The translations under genes were made by a program, and so were the position numbers. This document shows positions 52,141 to 64,000 of a stretch of DNA of 64,000 nucleotides, piece by piece. How positions within the stretch are numbered: position 1 is the first letter of the stretch; the number at the start of each line of letters is the position of its first letter. The notes below the pieces were generated by a model. That model made no database searches. It saw only the letters and a program-made list of their open reading frames with translations, and had not been told where the DNA came from. Source of the DNA: Octopus bimaculoides (taxonomy: Eukaryota); assembly GCF_001194135.2 (NCBI RefSeq), contig NC_068981.1:38624846-38688845 (forward strand), given 5' to 3'.

Positions 52141-54295
52141 TCCCTGCATAATAGCTATCCTGAAGGAGTAGATAAACTGAAATTATTGATTAGAATTGGA
52201 ATTATATCCAAAGTACATAGTATTTTATAAAATTACAATTACTGTTTTAAGTTACTATTTAAAAGTAGATTATTTTTCTTTGTGTTTTTAGTTTAGGAAA
52301 ATGGAATTTTGAAATCAAATGTTTTAATCAGGAAAATTATTTCATGTCTTTTTATAGTTTAATATATATATTCATTCAGCAGAGACATAGAAAATATATA
52401 TTTATATTTTTTCAATAAATATGTGCAATGTGGTAAAAACTAGTGAAGTTTATGATAATTATTTTAATTACAGCGATTTATTATTGCATTCTAACTTTGA
52501 TGGAAAGGGGTACAAGTTACCTGAATCAACACATGAACACAGTGTTGGTAATATTTTTATGAATCCTGAGGTTACAAAAGGTAACATCAGGATTTGAACT
52601 CACAGTGTAAAGGGATATAATCATATACTATAAATTATTTAATAATGTTCCCTACTATATGAAATACTCCATCACCTTAAGTAACTTATTAATAATAAGT
52701 TAAAATAAAGTGTATTTATTAATGATTTTCTTTACTAAGAAAATCGTGCTTTTTTTCCACTACTGATGTTGCATATTGATTTTTCATTTACATTTATTCA
52801 ATTAATCTATATTGATTTCATTGATAGTGGAAAGAAAGGAGAATAAGAAATAAATCACAATTCAGTATGCAGACATTGAAAAGAAATTTAATTTATTAAG
52901 TGATTTCATCTTTGATAACCCTCTTCAAAATCTTTCTATTTGACTTTTGATGTTATTTATTATGGAGTTATATTTTCTTATGACAAAAGCTATAAATATT
53001 ATATTACTTAAATTTATAACTAAAAATCATTCTAAAATGTACCTGTTATTTTCCAACTTAAATTTTCTAATCAAACTTCTTCATAAATCACGCAACCCAA
53101 ATCATTTTCTTTCAGCAATAAAATTAAAATAATTTAATCTAGATTGACAATATAATAATCAATCTAAATCAAATTGTCAGTTTCATTCCCTGTTCCTTGG
53201 TTTTTCAATATTTTTATCATATCTTTCAACTTTTTAAAATAATCTATCTTGAAAGAAAGCAAAATTTAAATACTCTTGAACAAAGAACCTTTCAGTATAA
53301 AAAGTCAAAATACTAAGAATTTCAAATGAGAAACTGGTTACACACACATACAAAAAAAAAACAAAACTACAAACAAAAAAACTCTTTTTGATCTCTTTAT
53401 ATGAAATGTATAAAATATAACACTGTAACTATATAACAATTTATACCAATTTAAATTCTACTATTTTCTAAAGAAACATAAATGGCAGTTAGAATATATG
53501 TTGAATATTCAATGATTTATCAGTATGTCTTGTATATTTTAAAATTATTAAATGAGAAATTCCTTTATAAACATTTGAAGTAAAGTATTACAAATGGTTA
53601 AATATTGAATATAATAGAAAAGAAGGAAGTTTACACAAATAATATTCTGGAAGTGTGTATATGTTTGAAAAAGAATTTAAAGTTTAAATTAGATGAAAGA
53701 TTAGTAATCAGTGAATCTAGCATATCCATGGGAATTGAATGTGATCTAAAAATTTGATGTTTTTAGCTTTTACTGGAATTTTAAGAAACAGACATTGATG
53801 TACGTGTAAAATATATAGTGCTCTTCATTCATTTGTTTAACATCAGTTTTCTCCAAGCTAATATGTATTTGAGGAAAGATTTTACAGCTAGATGCTCTTT
53901 CTGTTGCTAAGGAAATTCATTTTATTCTACAAGCTTTCAAAAGCAAGGAATGACAACCAGTCATAAAGTCAACAATATTATATACCATTTCATCGTAGCA
54001 GAGTACTGGCTGTAGGCTATCAATATTCACACACATTCATATGAATACACATANNNNNNNNNNNNNNNNNNNNNNNNNNNNNNNNNNNNNNNNNNNNNNN
54101 NNNNNNNNNNNNNNNNNNNNNNNNNNNNNNNNNNNNNNNNNNNNNNNNNNNNNNNNNNNNNNNNNNNNNNNNNNNNNNNNNNNNNNNNNNNNNNNNNNNN
54201 NNNNNNNNNNNNNNNNNNNNNNNNNNNNNNNNNNNNNNNNNNNNNNNNNNNNNNNNNNNNNNNNNNTATATATATATATATATATATGGTTCACT

Positions 54296-55620
54296 TGCAT
54301 CAAAGAAAGAGGCTTGGAAACACTATTATGAAAGGCTGCTAAATGTAGAGAATGAATGGGAGAAGGTGAGTCTGCAAAATCTTGACCCAACTGAGGGACC
54401 AGCTATCCACATTGACAGTACTTTGATAAAGTTATTAAGAAGATGAAGACAGAGAAAACCCATCAGGAATCACTGCTGAGATGCTTAAAATGTCTGGTGG
54501 TGTAGGCTATAGTTTAGCCACCTGTATAGTTAACCAGATGATACACAAAGGAGTCATACCCAATGACTGGTGTAGCAGCACCATAGTCAATTGCTACGAA
54601 GATAAAGGTGACACATTAGATAGAAATAATTGGAGGTATCAAATTGTTGGATCAGGTGATGAAAGTCACATGGAGGGTCATAGCCCAACTAATTAGGAAG
54701 AGGGTTAGTTTAGATGAGATGCAGTTTGCTTTTTGTGCCAGGGAGAAGCACCACTGATGCTATATTTCTGGTAAGACAGCTGCAGGAGAAATTCTTAACC
54801 AAAGATAAACCTCTGTACTTAGCTTTTGTTGAGAAAGCTTTTGACAGGGTACTCCGATCCCGTATCTGGTGGTCAATGGGGAAACTAGTGATAGATAAGT
54901 GGTTGGTGAGAGCTGTACAAGCCATGTACAGGGATGCTCACAGTAAGGTGAGAGTTGGCAATGAGTATAGTGAGGAACTCAGGGTAGAAGTATAGGTTCA
55001 CCAAGGATCAGTCCTCAGTGCCCTCTTGTTCATCATAGTCCTCCTGGCAATAACAGAGGAATTCAATGACAGGATGCCCCTAGGAGCATCTCTATGCTAA
55101 TAACCTTGTTCTTATAGCTGAATCACTATCAGAACTAGAGAAGAAGTTTCAAGTGTGGAAGAAAGATCTAGAATCGAAGTGCCTTAGAGTTAACCTAGCA
55201 AAAACCAGTCTTAGTAAGTAGGAAGGCAAACAAATCAAATAACTGAGACATTTGGTGATATGCTATATTTGCAAAGAGCTACCGAGCCAAGTGAAATCAT
55301 TGTTGTGGACGTTGTTGGTGTCATGTAACAGGCACCTGTGCTGGTGGCACATAATAAGCACCTTTTGAGTGTTGGGCCACACAGAAGTAATGTGGCCAAT
55401 GCTGATGACGTGGAACCAGCAACCATGCCAGTGGCATGTAAAAAGCACTTTTCAAGCACTGGGCCTCATGGAGGCAATGACAAATAACTGAGACCTTTGG
55501 CAATATGCTGTGCTAAAGAAGGAAGATCCATCAAGGTGAGTGAAATCATAGTCATGGTAGATACTGGCATCATGCAACTGGCACTCTGTGCTGGTAGCAT
55601 GTAAAAGTACATCATCAAGC
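54296..55620 (+). mobile_element. RTE LINE remnant: RT N-half, an internal deletion, then a partial 3' UTR
   Basis: EMLKMSGGVG..IPNDWCSSTIVNCY, FVPGRSTTDAIFLVRQLQEKFLTKDKPLYLAFV and VHQGSVLS. Confidence 0.92.
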
Positions 55621-56234
55621 AGAAAAAAACTAGAGATGTTCATTCAATGCAAACTTTCAACCAACTGATGTTGTGAAGATGTGGTGAGGGTAATGTAGCA
55701 AACAGTCAACAAATGTGTAATCTCTGTTCAAGTTACAAATGGGCCAAGTAGAACAATGACACTTTTCAAACAAAAGGCCTGGTGAATTTTCATGTGTGTA
55801 AATTCATTTGTGTATTTACACTATGCTAAGGAATCTGGGCTAATTTTTTGCATGCTATCCTGTAGACATGTATATATAGTCAATAAAACATATATCCGAA
55901 AAGAAGCACACTCTAAAGAATAGAGCAGTAATTATTAAAGCAAAAAGTTAAATTCTGGTCATAGAGTTACCAAAGGTTTTGTATCCACAAAAGCTGCAGT
56001 CTTGCGGACAGCACATCAGACTCAGTACAAAGACAAAAAAAATTAGACTTTCTACCACACATACATGAGAAAATGCTCAGATATTGAGATTTAATGGCTA
56101 ACATATAAAAACGTTAATGAGGATAGGTTATCTCCTCTGGACCAGAGGATAAAAAACCGTTACAGATCTAAGATAGCCTAACCAGCAAATGGACAGATCC
56201 AATTTTCCAGTAGGTAGCACTTGAAGTGGACACA

Positions 56235-56446
56235 TTTACTCTTTTACTTGTTTTAGTCATTTGGCTGCGGCCATGCTGGAGCACCACCTTTTAGTCGAGC
56301 AAATCAACCCCAGGACTTATTCTTTGTAAGCCTAGTACTTATTCTATTGGTCTCTTTTGCTGAACTGCTAAGTTACAGGGATGTAAACACACCAGCATCG
56401 GTTGTCAAGCGATGTTGGGGGGTCAAACACTGACACACACACACAC

Positions 56447-56447
<1 letters not shown>
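56235..56447 (-). mobile_element. 3' half of the abundant SINE family
   Basis: Reverse complement of 17060-17174 and 12895-13080 (ATCGCTTGACAACC..TGCTGGTGTGTTTAC..AATAAGTACTAGGCTTACAAAGAATAAGTCCTG). Confidence 0.8.
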
Positions 56448-56482
<35 letters not shown>

Positions 56483-56580
56483 TTATACGACGGTGGTGTG
56501 CTATGTCACTGAGCAAGGTTCTTAGTTCTCATAGCTCCAATCTTCTCAGTCAAAAATGTGTACTAGCTGACTGCTAGTGC

Positions 56581-56622
<42 letters not shown>

Positions 56623-57414
56623 TCCTCCTTCTCCTCGATGTTTCACTGGGTCAAGGCATGAGGGAGGGGTGAAAGGATGTCCCTGTCTGCTTGCGACTGT
56701 ATAAATTCCTGAAAGAGTTAGCGAAATTATGGTACAGTCTACTAGCTCATACTTGCTTATGAGTGAAAGCTAAGTGAACAAGCACATAATGTTGCATAAC
56801 CTGTTCAATGCTCGTGCAACCTAAAACCTGGTTTTAGTTTGCACCTTGGTGCCTCTTATGAATTTTTCGTCGTTTTTCACTCAAAATGGAGTTTTCTAAC
56901 TTCTGTATCAATATAAACACAATATACTTAAATCAGTATATTTCTCATATATTTTTTCCTCTTATGTAGATAGAAGAAGAGATGCTAACAAAATAACAGA
57001 AAATGATAGAATGATTGAAACAAATCATATATATTGAAGACTACATGACTATCAGAAATTGAATATTCATTTATAAATACTAAAAGTGGAATTAACAAAG
57101 CCCTAGGTTATGCCATAATATTATAAGTTACATTCCATAGGGAATATTTTAGAAAGACTTGCAATATTTTAAAATTAATTCTTTTAATATAAAGCTTCAG
57201 GAAACTTCAAACTTGAGTTTGCTTTGCATTTTTTTGTTTCTATTTCTATTCATCCCTTTAGCTTGAACAATAAACCTTATTATATTAATCTATACAAAGT
57301 TATTATGAGTTGTACTACTCTAATAGTTTTACTAAGCTACATCAAAGACTCCATCATTTGTTCAAGTAGTTTCCTATTTCATACTTTGATATACACAGTA
57401 TATTTGGCGTCACA

Positions 57415-57605
57415 CTAATGGCACCTCATGCTGGTGGAATGTAAAAACACTTGTTACACTCTCAGAGTGGTTAGTGTTATGAAGGACATCCAGTTGTAGA
57501 AACCATGCCAAATCAGACTGGAGCCTGGTGCAGCCTTCCAGCTTGCTAGCCTTGGTCAAACCATCCAACCCATGCCAGCATGGACAACAGACGTTAAATG
57601 ATGAT
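57415..57605 (+). mobile_element. RTE 3'-UTR terminal fragment
   Basis: CTCAGAGTGGTT..CATCCAGTTGTAGAAACC..CCATGCCAGCATGGA..GACGTTAAATGATGATGA. Confidence 0.8.
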
Positions 57606-59518
57606 GAGTATACTAAAAAGAACTTGTTATTAAGATACATCTAACCAGGGCTACCATATGCTCAGAAAGATTATAGTCAGCACCCAGAAACTTTCTCCAG
57701 TGCTCATGCACTGTTTCCTTTTCTCATACTACTGATGTTGTCCAAAGGAAATTTAAGAGATGCCATAACCTGGTACCAGTATCATTACAATATAATTGCT
57801 GGTGAAATACAAAGAGCTGGAACAGATGCTAAAAGACATTTCATCCAATTCTCTAAAGATGCTGGTAATCTACTGACATGGGTTGGTTCTTTATTTCTCT
57901 ATTTCAAAAGCGTGAAAAACATCAAAAAGGTGACTATAGTGGGTTTAGAACTCAGAGAACCATAACCATTCCACCAAGACATTGTAAACTACTTTGCTAA
58001 TTTACAGCCTTTTAATAAAAAGGTTAAGAAATTAACAAATGGTAAAGTAAAATGGTAAGCACTTATAATCAATCTTTGAAGTTAACTTCTTCTGCTTAAT
58101 TAAATACATAAATAACAGTGTAGCATTTCCAAAAACAATTCAGCAAAACCAAAATAAATACTAAAAATCATGTGAATAATATTAAAATTAAGCTAGTGTT
58201 ACTTGACTAATCTGAAAATACATTTTAAAGGCGTATGTTCCTCTTAATGCCATTTTTATCATTAGAATCATTATTTTCCAACTAATTAATTTGAATAATA
58301 TATCTTGCTCAAAGGCAAAAATAAATATCTATGACAAAATTTGGATTAATGGATACCGAATCACTTTTGAAGAAAGTTATTTGAAAGTAGAGATGTTCTG
58401 TAAATAAATAACATTAGAATCTCAGTTAAAATTGCTTGTCAAGTATTATATAATTTATCATTATCAAAAGGTGACACATCGGCAAATTCATTAAAATGTC
58501 TTTTGAAAATCTATCAGGCTGAGCAAAAAGTATCTAGAAGATATTGCTGTTGTAAAATATTAATCATCTGAAAATATTCTGTTCACATAAACTATTTAAC
58601 TAAAAGGTATTACAAATGTTGAAATGGATTGATGCAGCTAAAATATGTTTTAATGTTTAACAAACGCATTCTTTGTTTGGTTGAGCAGTATATAAAAAGG
58701 CAACTAAATAGCAACAACGTAAAAGAAAGTTGTGACATTAATTTATAATTTGTTTTGCATTAATTTATCTAAAATAATGATATTGATAAACTGGATGATA
58801 TGAGAGGTGATAAAATTTGTTATAAAATAATTTTGTATAATATACTGATGGCATATCTCTACGACTGCCCCATAGCAAACTGGTATTTTTTTAAAGCAAT
58901 TAACTAAACATTAAAGGAAAAATAATATAATGAACATTAATAGTTTCAACAGGTGCATTTATATGAGAAATCAGAAGAAAAAATGCCTAATTGATCAGCA
59001 TAAAAATATAGTTTGAATAATTTTCGCTAATGTACAGCAAAATATAATCCTATAAAAGCAATTTGCTGCCTTGTCAAAACTTCATATTCCTTCGACCAAT
59101 CAGTCATAATAATGTGATAAAAAGATATTGAATGTGTGGTAAATGTGTTATCTTTTATATTTTTTTTTTCTTAAATCATTCCATTTTCTCAATTAGTCTA
59201 CATTTCTGCTTTCAATAAATGAATTGTTTCATCAAGACATTGATGTTTTTTTATTATTAGAAGGAGACAATTAAACAACTTTTAATCAATACAAAGAAAT
59301 TAAGACACATTTGTTTCACCATTGATTTTCAAATCTTTTATATTATTTCACATAAGGTAAATGTGATGAGCTAAAAGCAAGAAAGTTTTAACAGTAGAAT
59401 TCACAAATCAGTATATCTGGTAAGTGAATTTATGGAAAATATTGTTTGCTCTAGAGAAATAATAAAAATTCAAATTGTTTAGTATAATTAATAGTTGAAG
59501 CGTAGAAAAGTAATGGAC

Positions 59519-59563
<45 letters not shown>

Positions 59564-60223
59564 CATATATGTTTGTGCGTACAGATGTGCATATGTTTTG
59601 GGTTTAGCCCAGTGTGGAGCCTTAAGCAAGAGTCTTTGCTGTAGCATAGGTTGACCAAAGCCTTGAGTGGATTTGGTTAGAGGGAAACTGAGAGAAGCAT
59701 GTGATGCATGTGTGTGTGTGTGTATATATAAATATAAGGTTGATGTAGTTCACTTAAAGCATTGTAGAAGCAGAAATTGAAAGCAAAGGGAAATAAAGAA
59801 AGCTTCTAATAAAGCAGAAAGTTTTACAAAAAACAATTTATATTTCAGGCACAAAAACTTATCTTCAGAAGGGAAGAGTCCAAGAAATGTGTATTTAAAT
59901 TGATCTCACTATTTTATTTTAAGTTGCTTGACATTTGGGTTAGCAGCAGCAGCAACTCTCCAACTGTTGGTGCAAGTAATTCTTCAACTATTGGTTGTGA
60001 TCGTTCATGTGGTGGTGGAATATAGTATGGGTGGCATATGTTATGATGCTGGTCATAGTCGTTGTGATACATTCCTGAATATATATATATATACATATAT
60101 ATANNNNNNNNNNNNNNNNNNNNNNNNNNNNNNNNNNNNNNNNNNNNNNNNNNNNNNNNNNNNNNNNNNNNNNNNNNNNNNNNNNNNNNNNNNNNNNNNN
60201 NNNNNNNNNNNNNNNNNNNNNNN

Positions 60224-60405
60224 GGTGACACGTAAAAGCACCTACTACACTCTCTGAGTGGTTGGCGTTAGGAAGGGCATCCAGCTGCAGAAACTCTGCC
60301 AAATTTAGATTGGAGCCTGGTGTTGCCATCCGGTTTCACCAGTCCTCAGTCAAATCGTCCAACCCATGCTAGCATGGAAAGCGGACGTTAAACGATAATC
60401 ATGAT
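60224..60405 (+). mobile_element. RTE 3'-UTR terminal fragment next to an N gap
   Basis: GGTGACACGTAAAAGCACC..GGGCATCCAGCTGCAGAAAC..GCTAGCATGGAAAGCGGACGTTAAACGAT. Confidence 0.85.
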
Positions 60406-60409
60406 ACAT

Positions 60410-61045
60410 ATATTAGACAACCAGCATGGAAAAGAAGGGTCTGGAAGCTTAAGGATACTCTGAATGGACAGAGGTTTAGAGTTGTATTACTTGAAGCTTT
60501 TGACAAAAAAGAGGAAGATATAACATCACATAATGTGGAGGACAACTGGACGTTCCTATGGGACAATCTGTTGAAGGCTACTGACCAAATGTGTGGCTGA
60601 TGCAAAGTCCTCTCTCAAACTAAGGTACTAAGTACTTGACAGACCCATTATGGAAAAGAAACTGGCATGGAAGGACTGGAAGTGTGGTGGTAGCAGGGAA
60701 CTGCATCAGATTGCCAGAATAGGAGCTGGGAGACAGGTTTAATTAACCAGAGGGGAAGCATATAAAAAAAAATTGCAGATGTTCTGCGTCTTGAGGACCA
60801 GAGACTTGATGTGTTTCAAATTGAAAGACAATGTGTGAGAGAAAATCCTAATGTCATAGCAGAGAAATGTATCCATATGGATGATGGCTCACTTGCATTT
60901 AATGCTTCTGCTGAGAGACTTGGAGATGCCACTATGGAAGGTTGCTAAATGAAGACAATGAATGGGAGGAAGAGAGTCTGCCAAATTTTACCCAACAGAG
61001 GGGCCACATATCCGAATTGACAGTACCTTGGTAGATAAAGTTGTA
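60410..61045 (+). mobile_element. RTE linker remnant, ending where the CRE fragment begins
   Basis: RVWKLKD.LNGQRF...NWTFLWDNLLKATDQMCG and a GPHIRIDSTLVDK-like segment; similar to 14740-15150 and 54370-54430. Confidence 0.8.
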
Positions 61046-61074
61046 GGTGGAAGAAAGGAAGCAGGGGAGAGAGA

Positions 61075-62047
61075 GGCACGAACACTTACAAAGACCAACG
61101 CAGCCTGATAGTGGGTCATCGGAGAGAGTCTGAGATTGACTAAGCATTTGAGTCCCTCAAAGATTAGGTTGTTGAAGCGTTGGAGGCATGATGGGAATTG
61201 ATAAGATGAGCTGACTCTGAATATAGAAGCTTAGGGATCGGGAAGTAATTCATAAGTATAAAAAAACCTTGATGGAGTTTGATAGCTTCAATATTTTTCA
61301 GCAATTGCTCAAGGACAATCACCTTCGACTGGAAGATAGACCCAAAGACAAGGTCAGTGATTGGGGCACCTAGAGAGCACCAAGCCTATGGGGGAGGGAC
61401 TCTGCAAAAGTTAGTTGATATTGAGAAGCAAGGTGGGTGAGGATCCGGAGCTCACATCTGAAGCTGTTTACTTGGAGACTCCAGTGACCAAGCTTCCTAA
61501 CCATCATGTTAGCAATGGTGAGAACCTTGTCCAGAAGTCCCAACAAACAAGCATCGTCGAGATACCAGGTGTAGAGGTCTAGTTCAACACCCATCTTGGT
61601 GATGTCATCAATGCCCAGTGCGAACAGAGCGGACCATAGTATGTCACCCTGTTGGACTCCTGAAGCAGAGGTGATGATTTGGTCACCAAAAGAGAGATAG
61701 GAGAGCTCCCAATAAGCCTTCCATGCAAGGCGGTAGAGTTGTAGGAACTTCTCTCTTACTGAGATGAGGACAACATTGTGGCTGATGGAGTTGAAGGCAT
61801 TCTTAAGGTCAAGTTTGAAGATGACTTTGGGTGACCAGGAGGGTAAGTTGGCATAAGCTCTGGTAGTATAGGTGGTAGCTTCACATCCCAATTTGGTACT
61901 CACTCCTAGCTGGGTGGGGGAAAATCCCTCCTCTAATAAGCTAGATACCGATTGTAAGCCCACTTCTGCAGTGAGACGGTGAAAGGTGCAGCCGACCGCA
62001 ATGGTGCACAGGTCTCCATTGGGTTCTGTGAGCCTGAAAGTTATTTG
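61075..62047 (-). mobile_element. CRE-clade (restriction-like endonuclease type) non-LTR retrotransposon RT fragment
   Basis: Frame open from 62047 to 61370: NGDLCTIAVGCTFHRL, QLGVSTKLGCEA, KLDLKNAFNSI, SASGVQQGD, WYLDD. After a frameshift: LGAPI..HQGFFIL..IPKLLY. The QxGVG..GCEA and SGVQQGDP motifs are typical of CRE/SLACS/Cnl1 RTs. Confidence 0.75.
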
Positions 62048-62714
62048 TTAATTATTTTTTTCCTCTTAAACACTAAGTAATTTTGATTGTAATTTTAGCA
62101 TTATTCTTTTTAGTATAGAAATGAGTAATTACCAAAAGGATATTTATGAAGTCACCATTATTAAATTTTGTTTTGATAACTAGTTAATTTAATTTCTATG
62201 ATAATTATGTTATTATGTTAGTATATTTTATAAAGTTTCTTTCTTATATAAACTACGTAATTTCTGATTATTAATCTTTAATTTTTAGTAAGGATTATTT
62301 AAAATAATTAATGCAATGTAATTTACAATATTATTTGCTATTTGAGTAGAGATGATAAAGTATTTTAAATATATTATTTTATTACTTACCCATAGCTAAA
62401 TAGCATATTGTTATTATATGTATTTTTAATAATATGAAAGAATAAAAGGGATATTTATTTCGCCATGTTTTTTTAAATATTTTTAAAAATATTGTTCCTG
62501 GTATTTTAAAAAACTAATGTGCTAAGATATATTTAGTTTCAAATACTTAATAGTATACAAATGTATTTTATGACCGTTATATTAGTTTATTTTTCATATT
62601 TTATCTTTTATGTTTTAACTTCATTTTTGTTTTTAATTATTGACGCTCACGCTTGAAAACATAAATATATTTAAATTCAGTCATTTTTTCGATCTGTGAA
62701 TCTTCATATATCAA

Positions 62715-62800
62715 AAATTACTCCGAAGAGATTCTTACCCACAGACAATGGATTTTTACAATTTTATTAGGGTAAGAATCGAAACAATTGTATGTAATTT
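62715..62800 (+). ncRNA. Type I hammerhead ribozyme-like RNA with U4C core variant
   Basis: AAATTAC t | CCGAAGA | GATTCTTACCC (29-nt loop) GGGTAAGAATC | GAAA | C AATT G | TA ^ t GTAATTT. Stem II is a perfect 11 bp, stem I has 7 bp plus a U-U at the junction, stem III is the palindrome CAATTG, and the GUA cleavage triplet ends at 62792. Confidence 0.7.
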
Positions 62801-63849
62801 GTATTTAATATTTATTATTATATTATATAATTATAAGAATATAGTGTAATATAATGTTACGTTAATAAATTTTTATTTTTGAATTGACAACTGTATATCT
62901 CCATTTTCTTTTCATTTTTATAAATTTAATATATACCCATGTGAATTGTAAAGTTTTTCTCTAAATTGAATACTAACGAATGGAGTCAGTGAAAGACTAA
63001 ATGTTTTCATCTGTATTTTCCTTGTANNNNNNNNNNTATATATATATATATATATATATATATTAATAATTTAGAGAAGAACCACCATGGTACAACTCGC
63101 ACGAAGAAGGAGATCAGACACCATCAAAAAAAGTGTACTATAAAAAACTAGTTTAAAAAACTAAAAATTCCAAGGGAGAATGTATAATATATACAATATA
63201 TGAAATATTGGACTAAGAATTTAAGTCGGTTACGTTTATGAAACGAAAGTGGAAGAAAGACTACGCGAGTTTTATCGCCACATAACAGGGGGAAATATCT
63301 GGTCAATCTCCAATGAATCGAACAAGATAAATACCACTCAGTGTGAGGACAATCATCAGGTCCAGTAACTTCAAAAAACGTATCTTAAAATTTAAAAATG
63401 CATAAAATAAGAAAAGTATAAAAATCTGTCCGTTTAAGCAACATTTAGTACACAGGAAATTGTCAAGGTTTTATAATAAAACACATCAAATAGCAATAAA
63501 TATCTGTCAAATTTAAGGCATAAAACGTCAACTGGAGAGATAATATCTGTGGATAATGAAAGGAAAACATATATAACGAAAGTGTGATTAGCTAGTAACG
63601 GGAAAAACCGTGCAAGAATATAAGTGGAAAAAAAAAAACAACATCACTTAACTTAACGAAGAAACGTGATTGATTTTCTTTTATTTCCTAATAAATAGGA
63701 TACATAGAGGGGACGAACTAGGACAGACAAGGGGGAACATATAGATCGTTGAGCCTTTTTACAGATGATTTAACGAATGATTTTAACATGAGAGTAATAT
63801 ATTATAATGTGATGATGTTATTGTTTTAAAAATTGGATTACTTTTGGGT

Positions 63850-64000
63850 TGGGGGGTGTCCCACTAACCCGCCGGTTGATTTTTTTTTCCTTTTTCTTTT
63901 CCATTTCTTTTCCTTCTATGCCCGGTCCGACCGTGTTGGCATGGCCCCTTGCATACACAACTTTCTTGCGACATCCTTCCATCTTTTGGCAAATACTCTT
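63850..64000 (-). mobile_element. Possible L1/Tx1-like LINE 3' end (continues beyond the window)
   Basis: Minus strand reads RVFAKRWKDVARKLCMQGAM* followed by a purine/A-rich tail; GC-richer than the flank. Confidence 0.3.

Noticed and set aside
62684-62712. Minus-strand ATGAAGA-TTCACAGATC-GAAA next to the main hammerhead
   Set aside because: The core lacks C3, the stem II closing pair is mismatched, and there is no stem III/NUH or stem I.
62691-62771. Apparent plus-strand exon (IFSICESSYIKNYSEEILTHRQWIFTILLG) with donor AGG|gtaaga
   Set aside because: The donor-like sequence is the 3' arm of the hammerhead stem II, and the structural explanation accounts for the sequence better.
63225-63365. 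Minus-strand CTGATGA with a small CTCA/TGAG hairpin in the 63060-63830 repeat-like block
   Set aside because: No GAAA follows the stem and there is no stem I complement.

Overview
This is AT-rich eukaryotic genomic DNA with dense (TA)n, (CA)n, (GA)n, (CAT)n and (GATA)n microsatellites and several N gaps, most flanked by (TA)n runs. The repeat families and their density suggest an octopus/cephalopod draft assembly; this is inference, not tested by search. No intact protein-coding gene, rRNA, true tRNA or CRISPR array can be supported, so the window reads as intronic or intergenic DNA. It is filled with decayed mobile elements: many RTE LINE pieces and isolated RTE 3'-UTR fragments, CR1/L2-group LINE remnants, a Penelope-like GIY-YIG remnant, a DD34D mariner, a maT-like transposase tail, a MITE, a Helentron-like end, at least four tRNA-derived SINE families and a CRE-clade RT fragment with a 226-codon open frame. 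The most notable signals are RNA structures. There are two type I hammerhead-ribozyme folds: 62715-62800 has a perfect 11-bp stem II and a U4C core variant, and 19933-19980 is a minimal decayed form downstream of the Penelope remnant. A repeated H-type-pseudoknot-like motif also occurs in the RTE 3' UTR. A few short candidate host exons are listed at low confidence. Most element boundaries are approximate and were read by eye.
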